From: a bacterium
Lineage (GTDB): Bacteria > Zhuqueibacterota > Zhuqueibacteria > Residuimicrobiales > Krinioviventaceae
Reading direction: 5' to 3'
NCBI GenBank assembly: GCA_963675755.2
Contig: CAXXMD010000003.1
Span: 1,888,001-1,952,000, forward strand
DNA: 64,000 nucleotides
A program made the position numbers and the translations under genes. Each line of letters starts with the position of its first letter. The first letter of the stretch is position 1. Positions 31,476 to 41,004 of this stretch are shown here, piece after piece. A model generated the notes under the pieces. It did not search any database, was not told the DNA's origin, and saw only the letters and a list, made by a program, of their open reading frames with translations.

Positions 31476-32606
31476 TTATTTGATCATGTCCTGAATCAAT
31501 GATGCGGTTCGGGCGGCTGCACCCGGATTGCCCAGTTTGCCTCGCACTGTTTTGAGCTGTTGGATGCGTTGATCTCTATAATCATTATCAAACAGCAGTT
31601 TTTCAACTTCGGGTTTCAGGTTATCGCTGTTTAGGTCATCCTGAATGAATTCTCTGGCTACTTCTTTGCCCGCTACAATATTGGCAAGCCCAATGTGTTT
31701 GATTTTGACAACTCTTTTCCCAATGGCAAAAGACAAAGGAGATACCCGGTATGCTATGGCAAAAGGAGTTTCAAAGCAGGCAGTTTCTAATGTGGCTGTT
31801 CCGGATGCTACTATTGCTGCATCAGCATATTTCATAAGTTCGTAAACCTGACTAGATACAATATGTATATTTGCATTTTCCGGGATGTGGGCCTGTATCC
31901 GCTCTAATGTAATGGTTTCAGCCTTGCTGACAGCTATTTGCAGTTCCGGATGTTCTTTTTGTATCTCAAATGCGGTACTGAGCATTGCGGGCAGCAGAGA
32001 CTCTACTTCCTGATTGCGGCTGCCGGGGAACAATCCCAAGATTGGATTGTCATTGTTCAAAGAATGCCCGGTCAGAAACTCGTCGCGTTCCATGCGGATC
32101 TTGAGGCCTTCTACCAGAGGATGCCCAACAAAAGTGGTTTTGAGCCCGTATTTGTCGAAAAAGGTTTTTTCAAAACCAAAAATTACTGCCAGCTGATCGA
32201 TGAATTTTGCCATTTTTTTTGCACGGCTTTGGTGCCATGCCCAAACCTGGGGTGCGATATAGTAAAATACCTTGCCGCCCAGAGAATGGATCTTTTTGGC
32301 AAATCTCAGATTAAATCCGGGATAGTCGATCAGTACAACAATGTCGGGTTTTAAATCATTATATTTTTTCAACAGATCATTAAAGATACGGCGGAAAAAC
32401 GGATAATGCTTGATCACTTCCCAGAATCCAATATAGGCGAGCTGGTCCACATGATAGTACAATTCCATACCGGCGTTTTTCATATTGTTGCCGCCAACAC
32501 CGAAAATTTCCAAGTCCGGAGTTTGGGCTTTTAAAGCCTTAACCAGCTCTCCTCCGTGCAGGTCGCCAGAGGCTTCGCCCGCTATGATCATAATCCGTTT
32601 GGGCAT
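31476..32606 (-). CDS. lpxB: Lipid-A-disaccharide synthase
   Basis: AGEASGD, IDYPGFN, PQVWAW, FVGHPL, PGSR..E, SGTATLE, GLANI. Confidence 0.96.
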   Translation of the reverse strand: MPKRIMIIAGEASGDLHGGELVKALKAQTPDLEIFGVGGNNMKNAGMELYYHVDQLAYIGFWEVIKHYPFFRRIFNDLLKKYNDLKPDIVVLIDYPGFNLRFAKKIHSLGGKVFYYIAPQVWAWHQSRAKKMAKFIDQLAVIFGFEKTFFDKYGLKTTFVGHPLVEGLKIRMERDEFLTGHSLNNDNPILGLFPGSRNQEVESLLPAMLSTAFEIQKEHPELQIAVSKAETITLERIQAHIPENANIHIVSSQVYELMKYADAAIVASGTATLETACFETPFAIAYRVSPLSFAIGKRVVKIKHIGLANIVAGKEVAREFIQDDLNSDNLKPEVEKLLFDNDYRDQRIQQLKTVRGKLGNPGAAARTASLIQDMIK

Positions 32607-32611
32607 TGTGA

Positions 32612-33601
32612 TTAGGCACCCATTTTCTGGTTTTTGATAATATCTGTAATTTGTGTGGCGATTTTAAGTGCTTTTAGTCCGTCTTTGCCACTTACAACGG
32701 GTTCGGTACCGGTTTGGATTGCATTGAAAAAGCTCAGCCATTCAGCCTGCATTGCATCCTGTTCCGGGGGTTTGGGCTGATTGTAGATGATCTTGCGTTT
32801 GTGTTTACCCTGTTCTATTTCGCCAAGGTTCATGGTTACAGGTTTGTCGTTTTCTTCATCAACAATTTCAAACACTTCGGTCAGGCGCTGTAAAAAGTCG
32901 ATTGAAACATACGAGTCTCTTTGAAAAAGGCGCATCTTTCTCATCTTGCGTTGCGAGATGCGGCTGGCGGTTACATTGGCAACGCAACCGTTTTCAAATT
33001 CAATGCGCGCGTTGGCTATATCCACTTCATCGGAAACAACGGCAACACCATTGGCGTGAATATGTTTTACATCGCTTTTTACGAGACTGAGAAGGATGTC
33101 AATATCGTGGATCATTAAATCAAGTATAACCGCCACATCAGTACCCCGGGGATTAAAAGGCGCAAGCCTGTGCGATTCAATGAAAAGCGGATTGAATGGG
33201 TGATCGTCCATTGCGCGAATAGCGGGATTAAAACGTTCAATGTGCCCGGTTTGCAGGGCAAGGTTTTTTTCGGCAGCTAACGCTGTCATTTCTTCTGCTT
33301 CCGGTATGGTTACCGCAATGGGTTTTTCCACAAAGACGGGTTTTCCTGCATTCAGTGCCTGTAAAGTATATTGGTGATGATAGGTGGTGGGAACAATGAT
33401 GCCCACAGCATCAACAGCGTTAAGCAAGTCATCTGCGGAATCAAACGCTTTGCAACCATATTTTTGAGCAATTTCTGCAGTCCGTTCTTTATCTGTATCA
33501 AAAATACCAACCAGATTTGCCTGGTCCAGTTTTGTTAATGAATTACAGTGAAATTCACCCAGTTTTCCTACACCGATCAGACCGGTTTTGATTGCTGTCA
33601 T
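32612..33601 (-). CDS. Gfo/Idh/MocA oxidoreductase, GnnA-like (UDP-GlcNAc 3-dehydrogenase candidate)
   Basis: GVGKLG, EKP, GHIERFNPA, HRLAPF..RGTDV.V.LDLMIHDID, TASRIS; directly upstream of lpxB. Confidence 0.8.
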   Translation of the reverse strand: MTAIKTGLIGVGKLGEFHCNSLTKLDQANLVGIFDTDKERTAEIAQKYGCKAFDSADDLLNAVDAVGIIVPTTYHHQYTLQALNAGKPVFVEKPIAVTIPEAEEMTALAAEKNLALQTGHIERFNPAIRAMDDHPFNPLFIESHRLAPFNPRGTDVAVILDLMIHDIDILLSLVKSDVKHIHANGVAVVSDEVDIANARIEFENGCVANVTASRISQRKMRKMRLFQRDSYVSIDFLQRLTEVFEIVDEENDKPVTMNLGEIEQGKHKRKIIYNQPKPPEQDAMQAEWLSFFNAIQTGTEPVVSGKDGLKALKIATQITDIIKNQKMGA

Positions 33602-33679
33602 AATTCATGTTCCTTATTCTGTTTGGAAAATTCAATGCAAATGTACTTAAAAAAGGTCAAAATGCCAAAAACAATCTGT

Positions 33680-34138
33680 TTACCAGATCTCCTTTAACAG
33701 ATCTGCAATGACTTGCAATCCTTCGGCATCTGTTTCATCAAAATCGTCCAGTTGGGCACTGTCTATGTCGAGAATGGCCCTGAGGTTGTTATTTTGATCA
33801 AATACAGGTACAACGATCTCTGAATTTGAACGGTCGTCGCAGGCTACGTGTCCCGGGAATTCGTGAACATTGGGTACAATTATGGTTTCCTTTTTATTGG
33901 CACAAGCCGCACAAACGCCCTTGTCGAGGGAGAGTTTAACACATGCCGGAGGTCCCTGAAAAGGGCCCAGCAATAGGTAACCGGTATAGCTGAAATAAAA
34001 GCCAGCCCAGAAATAGTTTGGGAAATATTCTTTTAATATTGCGCTTGTATTGGCCAAAGTGGGTACCGGATCAATGCTGCGCAAAACCTGTGCTCTGACC
34101 CGTTTTGCCGCCCATTTATATGCTTCTGTTTTATTCAT
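33680..34138 (-). CDS. msrC: GAF-domain free methionine-(R)-sulfoxide reductase
   Basis: WAGFY, LGPFQGPPAC, GVC, VHEFPGHVACD..SNSEIVVP, LDIDS...FD..D. Start moved from 34183 to MNKTEAY (AGGA SD). Confidence 0.88.
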   Translation of the reverse strand: MNKTEAYKWAAKRVRAQVLRSIDPVPTLANTSAILKEYFPNYFWAGFYFSYTGYLLLGPFQGPPACVKLSLDKGVCAACANKKETIIVPNVHEFPGHVACDDRSNSEIVVPVFDQNNNLRAILDIDSAQLDDFDETDAEGLQVIADLLKEIW

Positions 34139-34145
34139 GGTCCTC

Positions 34146-34685
34146 TCAAAGATTTGGATAATGTTTTTCAAATTCTGAAACAAATATTATCCGGTATGCC
34201 GGATAATTTGCCATGCGATACGATTCAGAGTGATGCATGGCAGGATAATTCCCTTCCCAGGCGTTTTGGTCCAGTTCATGGAACTGGTCCAGTGTATAAG
34301 AAATTTTTTGATTTTGTGCAAGCTCCATGGTTTTCCACCACAGGCTTTTAAAGTTTTTTTTCTTTTCAACAAAATGCAGGGCTGTCTGGTATTTCATTTC
34401 CCAAATGGATTCTGCTGTTATCCCATTGGCTTTTGCGGTCTGAAAATTGATCCTAACAACTGTGTGGTCTGTTGATACAGGCACCAGTAGTGGTTTGTCA
34501 GTATTCTCCGGGACCTCTTGCCATTCTTTTAACAGATACGCATGGGCTTTATCTACATGTTGCAACATATGTCTGGGCCCCATGGTTCCCTGGTAAAGCA
34601 GTTTGTAAATATCCTGAACGGATATCTCCTGGTACAGATTGAAATGAATTTGTAAAAGGTCCAGCAGCTTTTCGTATTTATGCAT
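34146..34685 (-). CDS. Conserved hypothetical protein
   Basis: QDIYKLLYQGTMGPRH and HHSESYRMANYPAYRI look like conserved family motifs; start overlaps the glycosylase stop. Confidence 0.7.
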   Translation of the reverse strand: MHKYEKLLDLLQIHFNLYQEISVQDIYKLLYQGTMGPRHMLQHVDKAHAYLLKEWQEVPENTDKPLLVPVSTDHTVVRINFQTAKANGITAESIWEMKYQTALHFVEKKKNFKSLWWKTMELAQNQKISYTLDQFHELDQNAWEGNYPAMHHSESYRMANYPAYRIIFVSEFEKHYPNL

Positions 34686-35571
34686 CAGGGTCCCATCCTT
34701 TGTTCAGCACGAATTCCATCCAATATACCAGATATTTCCATTCATCATATTGTTCAAATATCTGTTCAATTTGTCCGGTTTCCGGTTTGGTACCGTTGAA
34801 ATATGTCCGGGTCATGTAGGATATAACCAGACTGTCTATAGATAATTCTTCAAATCTGCCATATAACGCGCAAAGGTAGCGGGCAGTGACTTTGCCGATC
34901 CCTTTATGATTTAAAAAGAACTGAAAAAGTTCTGAATAGGTATTGTGAGTATATGCTGTTTCCGGATTTTCATTCTTGTACCTGTTGGCGAGTTCTATGA
35001 GATAAGCACTGCGATACCCAACACGTCCTGTATCTCTGAGATAGCTTTCGCTTGCATCAAGAATTTGTTGCGGTGAAGGAAAAACATGAAATGTTGTCCC
35101 CGGCACCACATCACCCAGTTCTGCAATAGTATTTACCATTTTTACGGCTTGTTTCCACATAACATTGGTGCCGCAGATGCTTTTAAAAACATCCTGGAAG
35201 ACATTGGGAGAACGCATCAAACGTCCCATTCCTTGCTGTGGTAATTGTTTTAACGTTGGATGCTTTGAGCAGATTTGGTAAAAATCGCTTAAATCAAGAT
35301 CCAGATTAAAGACCAGGCGAAACTGGTTAATGATTTCATCCTTGTCTGTCGCGGCATTGTTGTGCGTCTTGAATAAAAGTTTTGTATGTTCCGGCCCTGA
35401 TTCCTGCTCCTGGATAGAAATCGCAATGGGGCCGTTTTGTGATGTATTCAATGCCCAGTTCAGGGTATTTGTGGAATCATCCCAATAAAAGGGAACAAGT
35501 TGAAACCAGCCATGTGATTTGACTGTGTTTGCAAGGTCGAAAGGCTTTGCTACGAAATATTCAAACATCAT
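34678..35571 (-). CDS. HhH-GPD DNA glycosylase (AlkA/Ogg-like, probably monofunctional)
   Basis: SHGWF, GRLMRSP, ICGTN, FPSP, VGYRS, HhH KGIGKVTA lacking the lyase Lys, catalytic IDS. Start placed at MMFEYF. Confidence 0.82.
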   Translation of the reverse strand: MMFEYFVAKPFDLANTVKSHGWFQLVPFYWDDSTNTLNWALNTSQNGPIAISIQEQESGPEHTKLLFKTHNNAATDKDEIINQFRLVFNLDLDLSDFYQICSKHPTLKQLPQQGMGRLMRSPNVFQDVFKSICGTNVMWKQAVKMVNTIAELGDVVPGTTFHVFPSPQQILDASESYLRDTGRVGYRSAYLIELANRYKNENPETAYTHNTYSELFQFFLNHKGIGKVTARYLCALYGRFEELSIDSLVISYMTRTYFNGTKPETGQIEQIFEQYDEWKYLVYWMEFVLNKGWDPDA

Positions 35572-35655
35572 GTTGAATGATTTGAATCCTTTTGTTAATA
35601 ATCTCATCAAATTAATAAAAAGAATACAAAGAAACAACGAGTAAGGAGAAAAATT

Positions 35656-36054
35656 TTGGATATAAAAGTAACTTTTCCCGGTGGTCTTAGAGTAGATGCC
35701 CAATACGGACCGATGACAATTCCCACAAACCAGGACGGAACCGCACCTCCACCATTTGCGCTTTTTTTAGCGTCTATTGGTACATGCGCGGGAATTTATG
35801 TAAAATCATTTTGTGATCAGCGCGGTGTTTCAACCGACGGTATAGAGATTATCCAGCGGATGTATACAGACCCGGCTACTCACCTAATTGGCAAAATGGA
35901 ATTGAATATACACTTGCCGGAAAATTTTCCGGAAAAATATAAAGATGCTGTAATTCGTGCGGCAGATCAATGTGCTGTAAAAAAACATTTGCTTAAACCG
36001 CCTACCATAGAGGTAAACGCTTTTATTGCTAACGAAAGTGCTGTCAATGGTTAA
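35656..36054 (+). CDS. OsmC-family protein
   Basis: TTG start after AAGGAG; PFALFLASIGTCAG...CAVKK two-Cys OsmC pattern. Confidence 0.85.
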   Translation: MDIKVTFPGGLRVDAQYGPMTIPTNQDGTAPPPFALFLASIGTCAGIYVKSFCDQRGVSTDGIEIIQRMYTDPATHLIGKMELNIHLPENFPEKYKDAVIRAADQCAVKKHLLKPPTIEVNAFIANESAVNG

Positions 36055-36094
36055 ACAATTCGGGCTCTGTACTCCATCGCAGGGCCCGGTTGTA

Positions 36095-36766
36095 TTATAT
36101 TAAAAGATCTTTCCAAACGTTATGATTTATCTTTAACGTTTTGTCATTCCACTCGAGTTTATTTTCCTGTTTTAATCTGAGCAATAATCGGGACAAGGAT
36201 TCCGGGGTTGTTCCTATGGATGCCGCTACATCTTTTTTCGATAGCTTGAGTTCAATGGTCTCCTTTTCTCCAAACATTTCCTTTATAAACAGAAACAATC
36301 TTTCTTCCACATCATGAGTGCTGAGATATTTGATCTGATTGGCCAGATATCGCTGTTTTTTCATCTGCATGCTGATAAAGTCGTTGCGGAAATCCGGTCT
36401 TTCCAGCAGACAGTGTATTTGTATTTTGGGTAATACATACACCTGTCCACTGGTTAATGCCCTTGCTGATACGGGATAGCTGTCCTGCTCAAATAGGATC
36501 ACTTCGGCAAATAATTCACCGGGTTTAACGGTTTTAATAACAATCTCTTTACCATCACCGGTTGTTTTAAATAGCTGCAAGTTTCCTGAAACACAGTGGT
36601 ATATTGCATGACCACTGGTGCCTTCAAGAAACAGGATCTGTTTTTTTGAAATGTTTTTGGGTATGCATATTTCTGCCAGAGCTTTGCGGCTTTTATCTGA
36701 CAGTCCCTGGAAATATGTAGAGGCTTTGAGATTGTTTTCTATTGTTAATAATAGATCGGCAGTCAT
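36095..36766 (-). CDS. Crp/Fnr-family transcription regulator (DNR/HcpR-like, no FNR N-terminal Cys cluster)
   Basis: cNMP-like domain (PGELFAE...YPVSA), HTH VAASIGTTPESLSR with the ExxSR recognition motif. Confidence 0.92.
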   Translation of the reverse strand: MTADLLLTIENNLKASTYFQGLSDKSRKALAEICIPKNISKKQILFLEGTSGHAIYHCVSGNLQLFKTTGDGKEIVIKTVKPGELFAEVILFEQDSYPVSARALTSGQVYVLPKIQIHCLLERPDFRNDFISMQMKKQRYLANQIKYLSTHDVEERLFLFIKEMFGEKETIELKLSKKDVAASIGTTPESLSRLLLRLKQENKLEWNDKTLKINHNVWKDLLI

Positions 36767-36800
36767 AAATTTTCCCGTTTTTTTAGAAAATAGACATTCA

Positions 36801-36816
36801 CTTGATGTGAATCAAG
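36801..36816. promoter_or_regulatory. FNR/DNR-type binding site
   Basis: CTTGATGTGAATCAAG = perfect TTGAT-N4-ATCAA between the divergent regulator and ferredoxin genes. Confidence 0.8.
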
Positions 36817-36874
36817 GATTTTTCAAGCATTTTATACTATTTTAATCCAGTCAAAAGAACAAACGAGGTGCAGA

Positions 36875-37723
36875 ATGAAACGACAGATAATTAATATAGA
36901 TGAAGAGAAATGCACAGGTTGCGGACTGTGTATTCCCGGATGCCCCGAAGGTGCTATTCAGATGATAGACGGAAAAGCGAGACTGGTTAGTGATCTGTTT
37001 TGTGATGGATTAGGGGCCTGTCTGGGCCATTGTCCTGAAGGTGCAATAACCATTGAAGAGCGTGAAGCAGAACCGTATAATGAAGCCCGTGTTATGGAGA
37101 ATATCATCAAGGCGGGTTCAAATACAATCAAAGCGCATCTCAAACATTTAAAAGACCATAACGAAACCGATTATTATAATCAGGCAGTCAATATCTTGAA
37201 GGAAAAAGGAATTGCAGTGCCGGAAGATAATGAGATTCCGGTTCATCACACTGGCTGTCCCGGGTCAAAAGCTTTGGAATTTAACAAGACAGAGGTTATC
37301 TCGGATGCGAATCAAGAAGCGGATGGACACCGCTCCTCTCAACTGCGACACTGGCCGGTACAAATGCACCTGATCTCTCCCAATGCTCCGCAATACCGTA
37401 ACGCGGATGTGCTGCTGGCAGCAGATTGTGTGGCATTTAGCGTTGGAGATTTCCACAAAGATTATTTAAAAGGCAAATCTTTGGCTATTGCTTGTCCCAA
37501 ATTAGACAGCGGTACAGATGTTTATTTGGAAAAATTGGTTGCCATGATTGATCATGCAGAAATTAACACCTTAACTGTTATGATCATGCAGGTGCCTTGC
37601 TGCAGGGGATTGATCATGCTTGCGCAGCAAGCGGTTGAGCAGGCGCAGCGCAAAGTTCCTATTAAAGGGATTGTTGTCAGTGTGGAAGGCGAGTTGTTAA
37701 GAGAAGAATGGTTGAGTGTTTAA
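36875..37723 (+). CDS. 4Fe-4S ferredoxin-domain protein (type usually found next to hybrid cluster protein genes)
   Basis: CTGCGLCIPGCP, CDGLGACLGHCP, GCPGS, QLRHWPVQ, AADC, ACPKLD, VPCC. Confidence 0.88.
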   Translation: MKRQIINIDEEKCTGCGLCIPGCPEGAIQMIDGKARLVSDLFCDGLGACLGHCPEGAITIEEREAEPYNEARVMENIIKAGSNTIKAHLKHLKDHNETDYYNQAVNILKEKGIAVPEDNEIPVHHTGCPGSKALEFNKTEVISDANQEADGHRSSQLRHWPVQMHLISPNAPQYRNADVLLAADCVAFSVGDFHKDYLKGKSLAIACPKLDSGTDVYLEKLVAMIDHAEINTLTVMIMQVPCCRGLIMLAQQAVEQAQRKVPIKGIVVSVEGELLREEWLSV

Positions 37724-37757
37724 TGTTGTGATTTATCTTGAATATTCATATTTTAGT

Positions 37758-37793
37758 AACGCCAAAAGAAACCGGTTCTTTTGGCGTTTTTTT
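37758..37793 (+). terminator. Rho-independent terminator
   Basis: AACGCCAAAAGAA-loop-TTCTTTTGGCGTT followed by a T run. Confidence 0.8.
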
Positions 37794-37916
37794 ATGAGTA
37801 GAAATTCTTTGAAATATTTACGATTTTTTTTTGTTAAATCTATTGAAATGATCCATATAAATTTCCCTTAAAAATTGATTATGTAATGATAAAAACAGAA
37901 AAAAAGGAGCAACACA

Positions 37917-38417
37917 ATGATCTCTAAAGCAATGGAAAAAGCACTAAACGAGCAAATTAACAAAGAACTGTTTTCTTCATATTTGTACTTTGCTATGGCT
38001 TCTTATTTTGAAAGTGAAAACTTTGACGGTATGGCAGGATTTATGAAAGCCCAGGCTCAGGAAGAAGTGGGACACGCCATGAAGTTTTACGGTTATGTTA
38101 ATGATCAGGGTGGACGCGTTGTACTTGAAGCGATTGAAAAACCGGCAAGTGATTTTGATGGTCCGATGGATATTTTTGAACAGTCTTTAAAGCATGAAAA
38201 ATATATTACCGGCAGTATTAATACTCTGGTAGATTTGGCGATCAAAGAAAATGATCATGCTACCAAAACCTTTTTGGATTGGTTTGTATCCGAACAGGTT
38301 GAAGAAGAAGATTCTATGGACAAGATTGTTAATAAATTAAAGATGGTTGGAAACGCTGGACATGCAATGCTGATGATTGACGCTCAACTTGGTGCTCGTG
38401 CAGGTGGCGGACATTAA
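37917..38417 (+). CDS. ftnA: Non-heme ferritin
   Basis: LNEQINKE..SSYLY, QAQEE..HA.K, HEK.IT, FLDWFVSEQVEEE. Confidence 0.95.
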   Translation: MISKAMEKALNEQINKELFSSYLYFAMASYFESENFDGMAGFMKAQAQEEVGHAMKFYGYVNDQGGRVVLEAIEKPASDFDGPMDIFEQSLKHEKYITGSINTLVDLAIKENDHATKTFLDWFVSEQVEEEDSMDKIVNKLKMVGNAGHAMLMIDAQLGARAGGGH

Positions 38418-38434
38418 ACAGATATTTCTTTTTT

Positions 38435-38474
38435 AAAAAGGGCCCTTGTCATTTGACAGGGGCCCTTTTTTTTT
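38435..38474. terminator. Bidirectional Rho-independent terminator
   Basis: AAAAAGGGCCCTTGTCA-TT-TGACAGGGGCCC-T9 between convergent ftnA and phytase. Confidence 0.82.
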
Positions 38475-38490
38475 GTGCGTGGCGAAAATG

Positions 38491-39543
38491 TTATTTTTTT
38501 ATCTCCAGAGTGTTACCAGCGATTTGTTCCCAGGCATAATACTGAAACGTCTTGTTGGTTGACATGGCTACAAATATACCATGTGGAAACTGTTCATTCA
38601 GATAACCGCTGTAAATATCGGAACCGTCGCTTTCATGAGTAGAGACATTCACGGATTTTAATAAAGGATGTTCATGTTTGTTGGTTTTTGTGCCTTCACG
38701 GGGATATATATTAAACCGGTCTGCCTGCTGGTCGGATACCAGGATATACCCCTTGCCGTTACCCAGATCATAAATAGAAATACCTTCACGATCATTTGTG
38801 AAATTATCCGTACCGAACAATGCCAGTTCCATATTCGCGTTGGGTGATTCGGGATCAGCCGGGTATTTGCGGATGCCGGTTTTTTCATCGCAATAATAGA
38901 CATAGCCTAGCTCGTCGTCTACTGCAATGGCTTCAATTTCTTTGGTGCCGCTCCAGGTGCCGAATTTACGTACAAGGTCCGCTTTTACCATACCATTGCC
39001 GTCATCCTGCAAACGATACTGCCAGAGGTAGGCGTCGGTAGCACCTTTTTTGCGTCCCACAATCGCGAAAATGGCCTTGTCGGACGGACGTTTGTAAAGT
39101 GCAATGCCCATGGGCGCGCGGAGCGAGTCACCCTCGAACACGGCAATACCACCATTATCAATGGATTTCATGTCGGGCAAGCTGAAAATGCGGATCTGGT
39201 TGTTTAACCGTTCTGTGGTTACACAAATATCGGTAGGGATTCCGTTTAACGGCAGTCCGTATTCAATATCTACATTGTTGGGGCGTTTCAGATTGTGGAC
39301 ACATTTATCGGCTACTATTTTGCCGCCAAGATCGAATACATAGAGTCTACCGTCTTTGTCTTTATCCGTACCGATAATCAGGCTTTTTTCGGGATCGTCC
39401 GGGCACACCCAGATAGCCGGATCATCCGTGTCATATTGCACCGGTTCGGTTACAATTGCGGGGATTAGTTTCTCGTCTGCCGGAGGAGGAGTACATCCAT
39501 AAATCAGCGCCAGTATCAATATCATTACATATTTGTGCATCAA
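38491..39543 (-). CDS. Beta-propeller phytase (3-phytase), lipoprotein
   Basis: Lipobox LIYGC, DTDDPAIW, GTDK, RPNNVDI, EIEAIAVDD, DREGI, LVSDQ, ESDG. Confidence 0.92.
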   Translation of the reverse strand: MMHKYVMILILALIYGCTPPPADEKLIPAIVTEPVQYDTDDPAIWVCPDDPEKSLIIGTDKDKDGRLYVFDLGGKIVADKCVHNLKRPNNVDIEYGLPLNGIPTDICVTTERLNNQIRIFSLPDMKSIDNGGIAVFEGDSLRAPMGIALYKRPSDKAIFAIVGRKKGATDAYLWQYRLQDDGNGMVKADLVRKFGTWSGTKEIEAIAVDDELGYVYYCDEKTGIRKYPADPESPNANMELALFGTDNFTNDREGISIYDLGNGKGYILVSDQQADRFNIYPREGTKTNKHEHPLLKSVNVSTHESDGSDIYSGYLNEQFPHGIFVAMSTNKTFQYYAWEQIAGNTLEIKK

Positions 39544-39668
39544 ATCGTCCTCATGTTAAAAGTATCAATATAACAATTTTTATGAAAAAGATATGATCAA
39601 AATATTAAAAAGAAATGAAAAAAGCAGGGATTGTTTTTATAGATCCCTACTTTGAAAGAAAGGGGGTA

Positions 39669-40181
39669 TTAAAAATTCAAATTTAAAGCTATACCGACAG
39701 AGCGGGATTGCGGCAGATAACAGGGCGCAAGGGAAAGGTTGATGTTTTTATCATTGTATTCCTGAACAGATTTGGGAGTTTTCCACAAGTTCCAGATTGC
39801 AGTAGTTAAGAATACTGTGGTCATGACACCAACTGCTACATCTTCACCCTCATTATCATTGAATATATTTAAATAGAGTAATGCAGTCCCTGTTCTGAGA
39901 CCGGTACCAATATAAAATCGTTTCATATCTTGAGCATAATAGTTACCCATGGATGGACCAGCAAGTAATCCGTACCACATCACCCACTCTGCGAGATTGT
40001 GTTTTTGGTTTTTCTCCAAGTAGTAACCTAAAAACGGAGGCGCTATAGTATTTGTTATTCCAATTGTTGAGGCAAGGATTTTACTTTTAGGGGTCTTTGA
40101 TGATGCCGAGTTTATATTTTGAGAGTAAAGACAATTTGACAATATTATAATAAAGAGTACTGAATGGATTAAATTTTTCAT
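39669..40181 (-). CDS. Hypothetical exported/membrane protein
   Basis: Signal peptide MKNLIHSVLFIIILSNCLYSQ, GPSMGNYYA, hydrophobic helices, C-terminal SVGIALNLNF. Start moved from 40253. Confidence 0.7.
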   Translation of the reverse strand: MKNLIHSVLFIIILSNCLYSQNINSASSKTPKSKILASTIGITNTIAPPFLGYYLEKNQKHNLAEWVMWYGLLAGPSMGNYYAQDMKRFYIGTGLRTGTALLYLNIFNDNEGEDVAVGVMTTVFLTTAIWNLWKTPKSVQEYNDKNINLSLAPCYLPQSRSVGIALNLNF

Positions 40182-40188
40182 TTTTATC

Positions 40189-41004
40189 TCACTCGTTACT
40201 ATTAAATAAATATATTTCACAGCTATCGCTATTAAATGCGGTAAAAACACCATAACCGTTATTGATATTTGAACTAGTCCCGATGAATTTTTCTTCTACT
40301 TGAAACAAGTATGAAATTAAATTTATATATTCCATATTTACGCGATATACAATGAAAATATATTTGCCTTCATTTTGGTAGGTCCAATAATAGTGATTAA
40401 AATTGAATTCACTTTTTGTCCAGTGTTTTTCAAAAGATTGACGAGTACCTGAATTCGTAGTTAATAGAGGCCAATTGGTTCCGAATTGTGGAATCATATT
40501 AACAGTATAATAAACATTTTCGCTGTCAGGAGATGTCCATTTAACAGAGAACATAGATTCCGGATTCTCATAGTAGCGAGAGGGTTGGCTGAAAAATAAT
40601 GTATCTTTGGATAAATATGTAATTGATGGTTTATAAGGCACCCACGTACTTCCTGTTGCAGTTGTGCCATTGTGGGTAACCGATATGGAAATTGAATCAC
40701 CTGCATTTATAGACAAGTCATCTCCCGTATAATGGTAATACCCGCTGTCACCAGGAGTTAAGGAAAGGGGGTAAGGATTATTGTTTTTATAGAGAAAAAC
40801 CTCAGCATTATTAATAGGTTGTTGCCAACTTGATTCATCAAAAGATGCCAAAGTAGAAATTTTAATATCATTAACGGGTTTATTGGCATAAAGATAACCT
40901 TGTATTACAATGCCTTCTCCCTCTGAGATTACAGGATTTTCTATTTTATCACAGCCAAAGAATAACAAAATTGGAAATAAAATTGTTAATAATATATTTT
41001 TCAT
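40189..41004 (-). CDS. DUF4249-family lipoprotein (module B)
   Basis: Lipobox LFFGC, IVIQGYL, SNINNGYGVFTA; ATGA overlap with the upstream TBDR. Confidence 0.82.
   Translation of the reverse strand: MKNILLTILFPILLFFGCDKIENPVISEGEGIVIQGYLYANKPVNDIKISTLASFDESSWQQPINNAEVFLYKNNNPYPLSLTPGDSGYYHYTGDDLSINAGDSISISVTHNGTTATGSTWVPYKPSITYLSKDTLFFSQPSRYYENPESMFSVKWTSPDSENVYYTVNMIPQFGTNWPLLTTNSGTRQSFEKHWTKSEFNFNHYYWTYQNEGKYIFIVYRVNMEYINLISYLFQVEEKFIGTSSNINNGYGVFTAFNSDSCEIYLFNSNE

Noticed and set aside
37868-37896. Fur/PerR box upstream of ferritin
   Set aside because: Only a weak AT-rich match with no convincing dyad.
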